Part shown: positions 18,182-28,640 of the stretch, piece after piece | Numbering within the stretch: the first letter of the stretch is position 1 | Layout of the letters: each line of letters opens with the position of its first letter | Source: Methanobacteriota archaeon | GTDB taxonomy: Archaea; JAADCQ01; Methanopyri; Methanopyrales; Methanopyraceae | DNA length: 64,000 nucleotides | Assembly: GCA_027064425.1 (NCBI GenBank) | Contig: JAMOPO010000015.1 | Span: 365,959 to 429,958, forward strand | Reading direction: 5' to 3' | Notes under the pieces: model-generated | What the model was told of the DNA's origin: nothing | Databases searched by the model: none | What the model saw: only the letters and a program-made list of their open reading frames with translations | Made by a program: the position numbers and the translations under genes

Positions 18182-19996
18182 TTAGGAGGCGGCGCGGCGT
18201 CGGATGCTTCCCGCGTCCCTCAGGACTCGTAGCGCCTCGAGGAGCTCCTCGCCCGCCCGAGTGATCTTCCACCCGCTCATCATCTTCGTCCGCCGGAGCA
18301 GCGTCACCACCTTCTTCGCCTGGTCCAGCGTCACGTCCGCCTCCTTCAGCAGCGACTTCGGGAACTTCGAGAGCTTCTTCGCCCCGAACCCCCGCCCCCT
18401 CAGCTTCGACACGGCCTCCAGGAACCGGGCCGAGACCGGCGTGATCGGATGCCTCAGCTTGAGGATCTCCATCGTCTGGCCCCGATGGATCGCCCGTCGG
18501 AGGTGCCGGCCGGCGCGGGTCAGCGAGACGTAGCCCGTCAGGAGCTCGTCCACGATCCCCCTCGACTCGAGGCGGTCCAGGTGCTCGAGCACCTCGTGCT
18601 CGAGGAGCCCGTACCGGTTCTCGAGGTCCTCGATCAGATCCTCCCGGGCCACCGCCTCCGGCGGGATCCGGTACACGATCTTCGCCTCATCACCGGTCAA
18701 GAACGGGGCCCGTTTCACTCTCCTCGCCACCTTGGCGACCAGGAGCCCGCGCGTGGTAATCGCCGACTTCGAGACCAACCCCTGCCGGTGAGCCTCCTCC
18801 AGCCACTCCGGCGAGGGCGCCTCATGGCCCAGCGACACCGTGACGGCCTTGACGGCGACGGCGCGGACGGGGTCACCGAGCTGGTGCAGCACTTGCTCGC
18901 CTTCCTCGGTCAGCACCCAGATGGGCTTGCCCTTCTCCCTCCCGTAGTCGCAGACGGTCTTCTCGACGAGCCCGTGCGCCTCGAGCTCCTTGAGCTCCGT
19001 GGACGGGTCGGGGTCGCGCTCTCCGTACTCCTCCTCCAGGACGCGCTTGATGCGGGCGAGCGTGGGGGCGACGTTGGGGTTCTCTCCCGGTCGGTGCAGC
19101 CGGTCGATGATCTCTAGGAGTCGGAGCTCTTCCGGCCGGATGCTGACCGGCGGTACGCCCGGAACGTCCTCGCCGAGCATCTCGTAGGCGCGGAGGACGT
19201 GCTCGCCCGCCCGGGTCAGCGAGCCCTCCCACACGTAGCCCAGCCGCTCGAGCCGCTTCATGTCCTCCGGCTCCTCGCCCTCGTCCACGGCCTTGATGTC
19301 CTCCATGATGTCCGGCGAGAGGACGACGTGCATGGCCGGCACGGCCTTCTCCAGCGCGTACTTGACCTCGCGACCCAGGGCGGTCAGCGTGTAGGTCCTG
19401 GCGCCGTCGATGGGCGGCGAGATCACGAGCAGCCGCATCGCCTCGAGCGCGTGCAGGACGCTGTCCGGGATCCCGAGCGTCTCCCGGTACTTGATGAAGG
19501 CCTTGAGCGTGCCCGGGCCGGGTGGGAGCCGGGCGATCACGCCCGAGACGTCCTGGGTCACGTAGAGCCGCGGGGTCGCCCTCAGGTAGGCCTCGAGAAT
19601 GAGCTCGCCCGCCTCCGTGAGCTCACCGTCCTCGGCCAGGCCGCGCTCCCGGAGCAGCTCATCCCAACCGTCGGGCACGGCGGACAGCGAGGCGTGCTTC
19701 AGCGCGAGGATTGTGTCCGAGCCCACCCAGCGCTCGTGCGTCCACTCGTGCGGGTCGCAGCCCAGGATCTCCGCGGCCCGCTCGGCGGCCTCGGCGGCGA
19801 GTCGGCCCGCCTTCGTGAGCTTCCACTCGTTGGAGCCGACCCGGACGGCCAGTCCCTGCAGCTCGAGCTCGAGAAGTCGCCGTGGGACGATCTCCGTGGT
19901 CGTCTCCGCCTCCTCCGCGATCTCGCGCGCTTCCTCCCTCTTACCCGCCTCCTGGACCGTGAGCAGCACGTCCGCGTGGTCGCGCAGGAGGAGCAA
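18182..19996 (-). CDS. DUF505-like protein with repeated winged-helix units
   Basis: 604 aa; repeated LTxxG wing motifs. Confidence 0.7.
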   Translation of the reverse strand: MLLLRDHADVLLTVQEAGKREEAREIAEEAETTTEIVPRRLLELELQGLAVRVGSNEWKLTKAGRLAAEAAERAAEILGCDPHEWTHERWVGSDTILALKHASLSAVPDGWDELLRERGLAEDGELTEAGELILEAYLRATPRLYVTQDVSGVIARLPPGPGTLKAFIKYRETLGIPDSVLHALEAMRLLVISPPIDGARTYTLTALGREVKYALEKAVPAMHVVLSPDIMEDIKAVDEGEEPEDMKRLERLGYVWEGSLTRAGEHVLRAYEMLGEDVPGVPPVSIRPEELRLLEIIDRLHRPGENPNVAPTLARIKRVLEEEYGERDPDPSTELKELEAHGLVEKTVCDYGREKGKPIWVLTEEGEQVLHQLGDPVRAVAVKAVTVSLGHEAPSPEWLEEAHRQGLVSKSAITTRGLLVAKVARRVKRAPFLTGDEAKIVYRIPPEAVAREDLIEDLENRYGLLEHEVLEHLDRLESRGIVDELLTGYVSLTRAGRHLRRAIHRGQTMEILKLRHPITPVSARFLEAVSKLRGRGFGAKKLSKFPKSLLKEADVTLDQAKKVVTLLRRTKMMSGWKITRAGEELLEALRVLRDAGSIRRRAAS

Positions 19997-20026
19997 CCGC
20001 GGGCCCCACGGGCCGGTTGAGGGCGC

Positions 20027-21181
20027 TCATAAAAACGTGTCGAGAGTGCCCTGCCGGTCGCGCCTAAGTGCCTTCAGTGCCGCCCTTGCGGTGTCGTCCA
20101 TGCGTTTTTCCAGCGCCTCAAGCAGCTCCCCGAAGTCGTCGGTGCGCAGCACTTCCTCGGCCCTCCTGACGGCCTCTCGGATCACCCAGGCACCGAGGGG
20201 GGCGGAGTACTCTCGGCGGACGACCCGGACGACCGTGATCCCGAACTGGCGACCGAGGTCCAGGCACGCCTCCAGGGCGCCGACGCGGGCGGCGTAGTAC
20301 GCCCCGCCCGTCTCCTCGGGCTCCTCCTCCCGGCTCACCTCGGAGTCGCGAAGCACCGTGACACGCTCCCGGTCCGACCACGGGGCGCCGGGCTCGTACA
20401 CCTCGATGAGCTCGTAGGATAGGGGCTCCGGGCGGAGGATCACCCACATCTCGTTGCCGAAGAGCTCGCCCCGGAGCAGCCGGTACTCGTCGCCTGGGGG
20501 CAGCTCTCGAGCGGCGCGCTTCAGGTGGTCGGAGATGATCGCGTCAACGGCCGCGACGCTCCACCGGGTGGGCACGAGCCGGCGGTTTGCGGTCCGGCCG
20601 AGGAGGCCCAGGGAGAAGGCTCGGGCGATGTGCGACTCGTCGAGACCGCGCTCGTAGAGCTCGATCACCGCCTCCTCAGCCTTCAGCTCGTCCTCGTGGA
20701 CGCGCTCGAGCGGTCGGGGTACGCGCGGGGTCCCGTCCAGCTCGAGCCGTCCCTCGACGAGCGGGCCGATGAACGGTGCCGTGCGGGAGGGCTCGCCGAC
20801 CCGGCGTTCCACGTGGAGCGTGCTCTCGACGGGGCGCGAGGAGACGGCCGCCTCCACCTCCTCGTCGGATAGGCTCGGGGTCTCCCGCACGTGCCTCCGC
20901 TCGTTACGCTTCCTGAAGGTGAGAGCCCGGAGCTCGATGACCTCCTCGTAGGGCAGGCGCGCCAGCTCCCTGCCCTCGTCCGGGACGTCCCGTTCGCCGA
21001 CGCCCGGGGTCAGCCGAACTCGCGGGTACCCGCGCCAGGAGACGTGGGCGGTGAGGGTGTACCCGTCTAGGTCGCGGTGACGGCGGAGGCGGCGGCTGAT
21101 CTCGCGCAGCGTGGCCAGGTACACGCACTCGTCTCGACCGCACCAGCCGCGACCTCGACACCGTGGACAGAGTCCTCCCAT
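20027..21181 (-). CDS. nreA: Nre DNA repair protein
   Basis: CxxCRGRGWCG Zn motif, RRLVPTRWS, GAYYAAR, C-terminal PIP box QGTLDTFL. Confidence 0.88.
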   Translation of the reverse strand: MGGLCPRCRGRGWCGRDECVYLATLREISRRLRRHRDLDGYTLTAHVSWRGYPRVRLTPGVGERDVPDEGRELARLPYEEVIELRALTFRKRNERRHVRETPSLSDEEVEAAVSSRPVESTLHVERRVGEPSRTAPFIGPLVEGRLELDGTPRVPRPLERVHEDELKAEEAVIELYERGLDESHIARAFSLGLLGRTANRRLVPTRWSVAAVDAIISDHLKRAARELPPGDEYRLLRGELFGNEMWVILRPEPLSYELIEVYEPGAPWSDRERVTVLRDSEVSREEEPEETGGAYYAARVGALEACLDLGRQFGITVVRVVRREYSAPLGAWVIREAVRRAEEVLRTDDFGELLEALEKRMDDTARAALKALRRDRQGTLDTFL

Positions 21182-21247
21182 GGGGTTCCCCCGCCTCGTC
21201 GTAATGGTTTAATTCGAGATGAAGCGTAGTCCGGAGGGGGATTGAAC

Positions 21248-22009
21248 ATGGCGGTGGAGAAGGTCTCGACTGGTGTGCCGGGAATGGATGACGTGTTGGA
21301 CGGCGGGATCCCGGAGCGGAACGCGGTGCTGCTGACCGGCGGTCCGGGTACGGGCAAGACGATCTTCTCGCAGCAGTTCATCTGGTCCGGCCTGGAGGAG
21401 GGCGAGCCGGGCGTCTTCGTGACCCTGGAGGAGCACCCGGTGCAGGTGCGGAAGAACGCGGAGGGGTTCGGCTGGAACTTCAAGGAGTACGAGGAGGAGG
21501 GGATGCTGGCGGTCGTCGACGCGTTCACGGGTGGTATTGGTAAGGCCAGCGAGTACGAGAAGTACGTGGTCAAGGACCCGACGGACATTAGCGAGCTGAC
21601 GAGCGTGATCCGGAAGGCCGTGGAGGACGTGGACGCGAAGCGCGTGGCGATCGACTCGGTCACGCCGCTGTACATCGACAAGCCGAGCGTGGCGCGGCGG
21701 ATCATGTTCCGGCTGAAGCGGATGCTGGCGGGCCTGGGCTGCACGACGATCCTGGTGAACCAGATCGCGGCGCACGAGCGGGGCTTCGGTGGCCCGGGCG
21801 TCGAGCACGCGGTGGACGGGATCATCCGGCTGGACCTGGACGAGGTGGGCGGACGGCTCTGGAGGTCGCTGATCGTATGGAAGATGCGAGGCACCTCGCA
21901 CAGCATGTACCGGCATCCGTTCGAGATCAGCGACGACGGGATCAAGGTGGACCCGGAGAAGGTGTTCGACAAGAGCAGCGGCAGCGTGAAGGAGATCTCG
22001 GAGGAGTAG
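21248..22009 (+). CDS. KaiC/RecA-superfamily ATPase
   Basis: [21 protein letters not shown]. Confidence 0.9.
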   Translation: MAVEKVSTGVPGMDDVLDGGIPERNAVLLTGGPGTGKTIFSQQFIWSGLEEGEPGVFVTLEEHPVQVRKNAEGFGWNFKEYEEEGMLAVVDAFTGGIGKASEYEKYVVKDPTDISELTSVIRKAVEDVDAKRVAIDSVTPLYIDKPSVARRIMFRLKRMLAGLGCTTILVNQIAAHERGFGGPGVEHAVDGIIRLDLDEVGGRLWRSLIVWKMRGTSHSMYRHPFEISDDGIKVDPEKVFDKSSGSVKEISEE

Positions 22010-22013
22010 GCGG

Positions 22014-23072
22014 TCATCCGGGCAGCCCGAAGCGAAGCAGCGCCGCGACCCCTCCCAGCTCCTCCAACCGCTCCCCCCACTCGTGCTCGGTGCTCACGAT
22101 GAGCACGTCACCGCCCGTGCGCTCCACGTACTCCACCAGCTCTCGAATGTCCTCGTCCTCCTCCACCATCGCTCTCCGGAAGACCTCGTCGGCGATCAGC
22201 AGCGTCTCGACGGCCCCGAACTCCGCCGCCCGCTTGCAGTCCTCCAGCCCGTAGGCGACCGTGTCGTCCCCACGGCCGATCCGCTTGAATACCTCCTCCA
22301 CGTGCTTGGCCTCCTCCGCCACGCGTGACTCCTCAACCACCCGCTCCACCGCGCCGCGCCGGATCATCTCGATGAGCCCCGACTCGCCCGCCGAGCCCGT
22401 GTCCTCCACCGCGGGGTTGAGGTCACGCTCCTCTCGGAGGAACTCAGCGAATTCCTCCTTCACGAAGCCCGGACCACCGACGACCAGGTGCTCGATGTCC
22501 TCCTCCTCCATCACCCGCTCCACCTCGTCCGCGAGCCGGTGGAAGAACTCGCGGAGCTCGGAGCGACGGTCCCCACCCCGCTTCCCGGGCACGTTGTGCC
22601 GGACCCGGGCCACCACGTCGAGCCCGTAGTCCCGGACGATCCCCAGCGTGCCCTCGCCCGCGTCGACGGCGACCAGGAGCACGGGCGGCCGGGACATCTC
22701 CGCCTCCTCCAGGCGCTCCAAATCCTTGTCGTCCCACTCCTCCTTGACGACCTTGATCTTCTTGCCCGTGGTAACGTTGATCGTGTGGTAGGACCCGGAC
22801 TCCGGCCCGTGCTCGATGATCCCCTTGATCCGGAGCCGGTTAGAGTACTTGTCGAACTCCGTGTCCTCGACGCGAACGCCCAGGTACACGGGCCGTCGCT
22901 CGCCCTTGTCCCGGCGGATGGTCTCGGCGCGCTCGTCCTTCACCCGGCGCCGCTCCAGCGCGAAGACGAGGTCGCCCTTCCGGACGATATGGTACAGGTG
23001 CCAGAGATCGTCCAGGGTCTCCGGAAGGAGCTCGACGTACCCCTTATCCAGGTCCTTCTCCAGTATCTTCAT
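22014..23072 (-). CDS. pelA: Pelota (ribosome rescue)
   Basis: PETLDDLWHLY, GPGFVK, GGVAALLRF. Confidence 0.93.
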   Translation of the reverse strand: MKILEKDLDKGYVELLPETLDDLWHLYHIVRKGDLVFALERRRVKDERAETIRRDKGERRPVYLGVRVEDTEFDKYSNRLRIKGIIEHGPESGSYHTINVTTGKKIKVVKEEWDDKDLERLEEAEMSRPPVLLVAVDAGEGTLGIVRDYGLDVVARVRHNVPGKRGGDRRSELREFFHRLADEVERVMEEEDIEHLVVGGPGFVKEEFAEFLREERDLNPAVEDTGSAGESGLIEMIRRGAVERVVEESRVAEEAKHVEEVFKRIGRGDDTVAYGLEDCKRAAEFGAVETLLIADEVFRRAMVEEDEDIRELVEYVERTGGDVLIVSTEHEWGERLEELGGVAALLRFGLPG

Positions 23073-23604
23073 CGCCACCACCCCGGGACAGGAGCTCCTC
23101 GAACACCTCCAAGTACTCGGGACCCAGCTCCTCCGCCGTCTCCCGGGCCGACTGAACGAACTCCCGGTACCCCTTGAACCCGATCTTGGCGTACTCGAGG
23201 GCCTGCAGCGCCATGTCCAGCACGTCCGCGAGCTTCGCAGCCTTGGCCTCCTCAGTCTCCAGCCGCTCGAACTCCCGCCAGAGCTCCAGGAGCTCCCCGT
23301 CCAGAACCTCCCGAGCGGCCGCCTCCTCCGCCTTCCGCTTGGCCTCCCCGTAGACCCGACTGGCCTCAGCGTCGAGGTCGAGCGCCACCGCCTCCGGCAG
23401 ATCGTGCACGAGCGCGATGAGGGCGGCCCGCTGCGGGTCCACGTTCACCCCGCGCTCTCGGAGCCTCCTCGCCACCTCCCAGGCCAGCACCGCCGCCCCG
23501 AAGGAGTGCTCCGCGACGCTCTCGACCGACCCACGTGGGATTCCTCGCACCAGCCAGCCGGTTCTCAGCACCCGCTTCAGCCGGTAGATCGCCCTCAGGT
23601 CCAA
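23044..23604 (-). CDS. HD-domain hydrolase (YfbR-like 5'-deoxynucleotidase)
   Basis: RTGW, ESVAEHSF, HDLPE, ADVLD; TTG start. Confidence 0.88.
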   Translation of the reverse strand: MDLRAIYRLKRVLRTGWLVRGIPRGSVESVAEHSFGAAVLAWEVARRLRERGVNVDPQRAALIALVHDLPEAVALDLDAEASRVYGEAKRKAEEAAAREVLDGELLELWREFERLETEEAKAAKLADVLDMALQALEYAKIGFKGYREFVQSARETAEELGPEYLEVFEELLSRGGGDEDTGEGPG

Positions 23605-23620
23605 CGTCGCAGACCCCGGG

Positions 23621-23830
23621 GTGGTCCGGTTGAAGCGGGAGTACCTCGGGGCCGTCGAGCTGTCCACCTCCGTCGTGTTCGGGGTGGTGGCCGGCTGGGT
23701 CATCGCCAAGCACGTCCAATCGCGGGCGTTAAAGGCGCTCCTGCCCGCCCTGGGCGCGGTTATAGGCTTTTTCGCGGGGTTAGCCAGGCTCGCCAGGGGG
23801 GCGGCGGAGGGTGAAGAGGGCCAAGGTTGA
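23621..23830 (+). CDS. Small two-TM protein (AtpZ/AtpI-like)
   Basis: Two hydrophobic helices; overlaps the start of the downstream GTPase. Confidence 0.45.
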   Translation: MVRLKREYLGAVELSTSVVFGVVAGWVIAKHVQSRALKALLPALGAVIGFFAGLARLARGAAEGEEGQG

Positions 23831-24395
23831 GGAGGTCCCGCGGCTGGAGAAGGGCCGGTTCAAGATCGCCGTGGTGGGCCCGGAGAACGCGGGCAAGTCG
23901 ACGCTCGTGAACGCGCTCATGGGCCGAGCCGTCGCCGAGGTCTCGGAGGTGCCCGGCACGACGAAGTCGGTCTCCGGATACCACTGGTCGGACCGGGACA
24001 TCCCGCTCTACGTGTTCGACACGGTCGGGCTCGCGGACGAGCGCGGGCGGCGGAGCAAGCGCGGTGTCACGGCGGAGGACGTGGTGGAGCGGCTCGGGAG
24101 CTACGACCTGGCCCTGTTCGTCGTGGACGTCACGCGCCCCATCGGACCGGAGGCGCTCCGGGCCCTGCACGTGATCAAGCACGCGGCCGACCTTGAGACG
24201 CTGCTCGTCGCGAACAAGATCGACCTGCTGGACGAGGAAGAGCTGGAGGAGCGGCTGGAGGAGATCCGCCGGCGGACGGGGCACAGACCCATCCCGGTCT
24301 CGGCGCTGAAGGGGGACGGGGTCGAGCGCCTGCTGCGAGAGATCGAGGAGCGGGTTCGGCGAAAGCGGCGGGTGGTCGCGTCGGCGCCACGGTGA
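23811..24395 (+). CDS. Era/MMR_HSR1-like small GTPase
   Basis: GPENAGKST, PGTT, DTVG, NKID, SAL. Confidence 0.88.
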   Translation: MKRAKVEEVPRLEKGRFKIAVVGPENAGKSTLVNALMGRAVAEVSEVPGTTKSVSGYHWSDRDIPLYVFDTVGLADERGRRSKRGVTAEDVVERLGSYDLALFVVDVTRPIGPEALRALHVIKHAADLETLLVANKIDLLDEEELEERLEEIRRRTGHRPIPVSALKGDGVERLLREIEERVRRKRRVVASAPR

Positions 24396-24457
24396 GGCGG
24401 TAATACTATCATCTCGGGCCGGCGGCGGCCCACGACCACACGCTGGGGGAGGTCACG

Positions 24458-25540
24458 GTGACCGTGCTCCGATCGATCGAGGAGCTGCGAGAGCTCAACC
24501 CGTTCGCGATCGTGGGGGCGGGAGGAGGCGGCGAGAAGTTCGCCTCGCTGCCCACCGTGGAGGTCGTGGGCATCCTCGATGACGACCCGGAGAAGGCCGG
24601 GATGAAGATCGCCGGGGTGGAGGTTACGAACGACTTCGATGAGGCCGTCGAGGGCGCCCGCTCCGTGGCGATCATGCTCCCGAAGGGGGCGGAGCACCGG
24701 GCGCTAGAGCTGGCGGTGGAGTCGATCCGGCGCGGGCTGAACGTGGTGACCTCGTTCCGATCACTCCCGCTGGACGAGTACCCCGCGCTGGTTAAGTTGG
24801 CCCGGGAGCGGGGTGTCAAGGTCCTCGAGCTGAGCCCCCGGCTGGACGTGGTCCGCGAGGTGGCGGGGGACGCTCCGGAGCGGTGCACGGAGTGCGTGCC
24901 GAAGAAGGACGCCCCTGAGACGGACGTGCCCACGGTCTTCGTGGGCGGGACCTCGCAGGAGTGCGGGAAGAGGACGACGACGCTGAAGCTGGCCGAGGGC
25001 CTGGAGTCGCTGGGTTACACGGCGGCCACGGTCGGGACGGGGGAGTTCGCGGCGCTGGAGGCGGACGTGGGGTTCCGCGCGGGCTCTCTCTCCGTGATGG
25101 ACGTGGCCTCCGCCGTCGCACACGCCGTGGACTACGTGGCAGAGGAGAAGGACCCGGACGTGGTCATCGTGGAGGGACAGTCCTCCTTGACCGAGCGGCG
25201 GAACCCGCACCCGCGCCCGCTTTACTTCGGGATCATGCTCGGATGCAACCCGGACGCCGTTGTCGTGTGCCACCGACCGAACCACCCCTTCCGACGGCCG
25301 AGGGGAGTGGTGGACGAGATTCGAGCCATTCAGGCCCTGCTACCGAACGTCAAGATTGCAGCCGTAAGCTTGAACCCGAGGAACCTCAGGGAGCCACTCG
25401 AGGACTACGCGCGGAGGTTGAGGGCGAAGGTCTGGCGGGAGCTGGGATCGCGGGTCCCGGTGAGGGATCCGGTGCGGGAGGCGGAGGAGCTGGCGCGGGA
25501 CGTCCTGGACGCCCTGGGACTGGAGGAGCGGGGGACGTGA
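24458..25540 (+). CDS. DUF1611 family protein (Rossmann plus P-loop)
   Basis: GAGGGG, GTSQECGKRTT, VEGQSSL. Confidence 0.75.
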   Translation: MTVLRSIEELRELNPFAIVGAGGGGEKFASLPTVEVVGILDDDPEKAGMKIAGVEVTNDFDEAVEGARSVAIMLPKGAEHRALELAVESIRRGLNVVTSFRSLPLDEYPALVKLARERGVKVLELSPRLDVVREVAGDAPERCTECVPKKDAPETDVPTVFVGGTSQECGKRTTTLKLAEGLESLGYTAATVGTGEFAALEADVGFRAGSLSVMDVASAVAHAVDYVAEEKDPDVVIVEGQSSLTERRNPHPRPLYFGIMLGCNPDAVVVCHRPNHPFRRPRGVVDEIRAIQALLPNVKIAAVSLNPRNLREPLEDYARRLRAKVWRELGSRVPVRDPVREAEELARDVLDALGLEERGT

Positions 25541-25541
25541 G

Positions 25542-25883
25542 TTGCGCCGCCTCCTCAAGCGCTTTCTCTCCGCCGTCCTCGGGACGAGCGACGGGGAGTC
25601 CGAGTCCATCCCGCCGGGGGACATAGAGGACCAGGAGCCGAGCCTCAAGATCGTCGTCTCCCGGATCACCGAGGCCTCGGAGCTGGAGGAGCTGCTCGAG
25701 GAGCTCTACGACGGCAACGTCCTGATCCTGGACCTGGCCCCGCTGATGGAGCGTGGAGACCACGAGGACGTGGTCCGGGAGCTCAAGCGCACGGCGATCG
25801 GGCTGGGCGGGTTCATAGGTGTTATCAGGGACACGGTCGTCCTGGTCACGGCCGATAACGTGGACATCGAGAAGAGGGGATGA
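25542..25883 (+). CDS. sepF: Cell division protein SepF
   Basis: LYDGNVLILDL...GG...VLVT. Confidence 0.82.
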   Translation: MRRLLKRFLSAVLGTSDGESESIPPGDIEDQEPSLKIVVSRITEASELEELLEELYDGNVLILDLAPLMERGDHEDVVRELKRTAIGLGGFIGVIRDTVVLVTADNVDIEKRG

Positions 25884-26866
25884 GCTTGGCCAAGCCCACG
25901 ATCGTGCTGATAGGCGGCGCGTCCGGCGTGGGCACGTCCACCATCGCCCGCGAGGTCGCGCGCCGGCTGGACATCACCCACCTCATCGAAACGGATCATC
26001 TCCGAGAGGTCCTCCGCGGGGCGATCGACGAGGAGTACGCGCCGACCCTCCACATGTCCTCCTACAACGCGTACCGGGCCCTCAGGATCCCCGATCATAT
26101 GATCCCGGAGAAGTTCGAGGACCGCGTGATCGCGGGGTTCGTCGATCACGCGTCCATGGTTAAGCCCGCCATCGACATGGTGATCAAACGGGCGGCGGAG
26201 GACGCGAGCGACCTCGTCATCGAGGGCGTGCACATCGTCCCCGGGCTCGTGTCCCCAGACGACTACCCGTTCGCGGACGTGCACATGGTCATCCTGTGCG
26301 CGGACGAGGAGGAGCACCGGGAGCGCTTCGTCAAGCGGGCCATGGAGAAGGGTCGCGGCGGCCGGCACCTGGAGTACTTCAAGCAAATTCGCGTCATTCA
26401 TGACTTCCTCGTGGAGGCGGCCGAGGAGCACGGAATCCCGGTGATCAAGAACGACGAGATTGAGCGAACGGTCCAGGAGGTCCTGGCCGTCGTCCGCAAG
26501 GTCACCTTGACCGTCAAGTCCGTGCACCCACTCAAGGAGTCGATCAAGGAGGCGAAGATTCTCCGGGAGCACAACTGCCGGATGATGGACGTCGGCTTCC
26601 CCATCCCGGGCAAAGAGGACGTGATTAAGGTGACGTTCCACCGGGATCCCGTGGACGAGTGGCGCGAGATCCTCGGGCAGGAGGAGAGTCGGGACTACTT
26701 CAAGCACCTGTACTCAGCGTCGAACAACGTGCACTATCACCAGATCACGGCGCCGAACGAGGAGTCCCTCGAGCGCGCGCTGGAGGCGCTGGAGGAGGCC
26801 GGAATCGAGGTGGAGCCCGTCGAGCCGGGGGAGGAGCCCGAGGTTGAAGAAGGGCAAGGAGAGTGA
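25880..26866 (+). CDS. 2-phosphoglycerate kinase-like protein with C-terminal 3H-like domain
   Basis: GGASGVGTS, ETDHLRE, IEGVHIVP; C-terminal SNNVHYH. Confidence 0.82.
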   Translation: MSLAKPTIVLIGGASGVGTSTIAREVARRLDITHLIETDHLREVLRGAIDEEYAPTLHMSSYNAYRALRIPDHMIPEKFEDRVIAGFVDHASMVKPAIDMVIKRAAEDASDLVIEGVHIVPGLVSPDDYPFADVHMVILCADEEEHRERFVKRAMEKGRGGRHLEYFKQIRVIHDFLVEAAEEHGIPVIKNDEIERTVQEVLAVVRKVTLTVKSVHPLKESIKEAKILREHNCRMMDVGFPIPGKEDVIKVTFHRDPVDEWREILGQEESRDYFKHLYSASNNVHYHQITAPNEESLERALEALEEAGIEVEPVEPGEEPEVEEGQGE

Positions 26867-27488
26867 CGGCGGCGACGAGGAGGAGTTTCGATACCAGATG
26901 GAGATCGCCGACCAGGAGTGTCCGGCGTGCGGTCGGAAGGCACTGCGGGTCTACGGCCGGGTGGACGAGATCCCGCACTTCGGTAAGGTCCTGGAGCAGT
27001 TCATCCAGTGCGAGGCCTGCGGGTACCGGATCTCCGACGTGATGTGCCTCGACGAGCGTGACCCGGCGGAGTACCGCTACCGAGTGAACTCGCCGGACGA
27101 CGTCAAGGTTCGGGTGATCCGCTCCCCCTCCGGCTTCCTGGAGATACCGGAGATCGGTGTCGAGGTCCGGCCGGGACCCGCCGCCGAGGGCTTCGTATCG
27201 AACGTGGAGGGCGTCCTGCGCCGGGTCAAGCGGCACGTCAAGCTGGCCGCCAAGTGGTCCGACCGGGAGGAGGCCCGCGAGCGGGCGGAGAAGATCCTGG
27301 AGCGGATCGAGGCCGCGCTGTCCGGGGAGGATGAGATCACGATCGTGCTGAAGGACCCGTACGGTCACTCGGCCATCATCCCGGAGGACGAGGAGAAGCT
27401 CGAGGTGCGGAAGCTGGACGAGCGTGAGGTAAAAAAGCTCCGGAGCATGATCCTTCGCGGCGCCCTTTCGGGCCGGGAAACTTTCTAA
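26844..27488 (+). CDS. ZPR1 zinc-finger protein
   Basis: CPAC, IPHFG, CEACGY, EGFVSNVEG, DPYGHS. Confidence 0.9.
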   Translation: MKKGKESDGGDEEEFRYQMEIADQECPACGRKALRVYGRVDEIPHFGKVLEQFIQCEACGYRISDVMCLDERDPAEYRYRVNSPDDVKVRVIRSPSGFLEIPEIGVEVRPGPAAEGFVSNVEGVLRRVKRHVKLAAKWSDREEARERAEKILERIEAALSGEDEITIVLKDPYGHSAIIPEDEEKLEVRKLDEREVKKLRSMILRGALSGRETF

Positions 27489-27542
27489 TTCCACTCCCGG
27501 GGCGGCCGCGTCCTCCGGGACCCGCGGCCGGGGGGTCGCGAG

Positions 27543-27992
27543 TTGAACCTCAGGCCCCAGCGGAGGATGGCGGCGGAGATCCTGAAGTGCGGCGTCCACC
27601 GCATCTGGATCGACCCGGACCGACTGGACGAGGTGGCTCAGGCGCAGACGCGCGAGGACATTCGCAGGCTGATCAAGGAGGGTGTGATCAGGAAGAAGCC
27701 GATCAAGGGACAGTCCCGCGTCCGCGCGCGGAAGCGGCACGAGCAGCGGAAGAAGGGCCGGAGGCGCGGTCCCGGTCGCCGGAAGGGAGCGAAGGGCGCC
27801 CGGATGCCGAAGAAGCGGCGCTGGATCCAGCGCATCCGTCCGATCCGCCGCAAGCTGCGCGAGCTGCGAGACTCCGGCAAGATCGACCGCAGCACGTACC
27901 GGAAGCTGTACATGATGGCCAAGGGCGGTTACTTCCGCGACACGTCCCACCTGCTGCAGTACATCGAGGAGAACGACCTCTGGAAGAAGTGA
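27543..27992 (+). CDS. rpl19e: 50S ribosomal protein L19e
   Basis: [26 protein letters not shown]. Confidence 0.97.
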   Translation: MNLRPQRRMAAEILKCGVHRIWIDPDRLDEVAQAQTREDIRRLIKEGVIRKKPIKGQSRVRARKRHEQRKKGRRRGPGRRKGAKGARMPKKRRWIQRIRPIRRKLRELRDSGKIDRSTYRKLYMMAKGGYFRDTSHLLQYIEENDLWKK

Positions 27993-28009
27993 AACAAGGG
28001 TGATTCCCC

Positions 28010-28612
28010 ATGGCGACCGGGCCCCGCTACCGCGTACCGTTCCGTAGGCGCCGGGAGGGCAAGACCAATTACTACAAGCGGAAGGAGCTGCTGAAGGCCG
28101 ACGCTCCGCGCCTGGTGGCACGGAAGACGCTGAACCACAACATCGCCCAGGTGATCGACTACGCCCCGCAGGGCGACGTGACGCTGGCCTCGGCGCACTC
28201 CATCGAGCTCCGGAACAAGTTCGGCTGGAAGGGGCACTGCGGCAACACGCCGGCCGCCTACCTGACCGGGTACCTCTGCGGGCTCCGGGCCCTGAAGAAG
28301 GGAATCGAGAAGGCGATCATCGACATCGGCCTGCACCGACCCGTCCGGGGCGCCCGGGTCTTCGCGATCATGAAGGGTGCCATCGACGCGGGCATGGAGA
28401 TCCCGCACAGCAAGAAGATCCTGCCGCCGGAGGACCGGATCCGGGGCGAGCACATCGCCAACCTGGCCCGGCAGATCAAGGAGGAGGACCCGGAGGAGTA
28501 CGAGCGGCGGTTCTCGAAGTACCTGGAGCGCGGCCTGAAGCCCGAGGAGCTGCCCGAGCACTTCGAGGAGGTGAAGGCTAAAATCGAGGAGGAGGTCGGC
28601 GCGGAGTCGTGA
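28010..28612 (+). CDS. rpl18: 50S ribosomal protein L18
   Basis: [27 protein letters not shown]. Confidence 0.97.
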   Translation: MATGPRYRVPFRRRREGKTNYYKRKELLKADAPRLVARKTLNHNIAQVIDYAPQGDVTLASAHSIELRNKFGWKGHCGNTPAAYLTGYLCGLRALKKGIEKAIIDIGLHRPVRGARVFAIMKGAIDAGMEIPHSKKILPPEDRIRGEHIANLARQIKEEDPEEYERRFSKYLERGLKPEELPEHFEEVKAKIEEEVGAES

Positions 28613-28640
28613 CCCCGGAATCCGGAGGGGGTGCGAGGCG

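Noticed and set aside
18130-18182. Integrated element at tRNA-Gly
   Set aside because: No integrase, no duplicated tRNA 3' end, no compositional shift in the window
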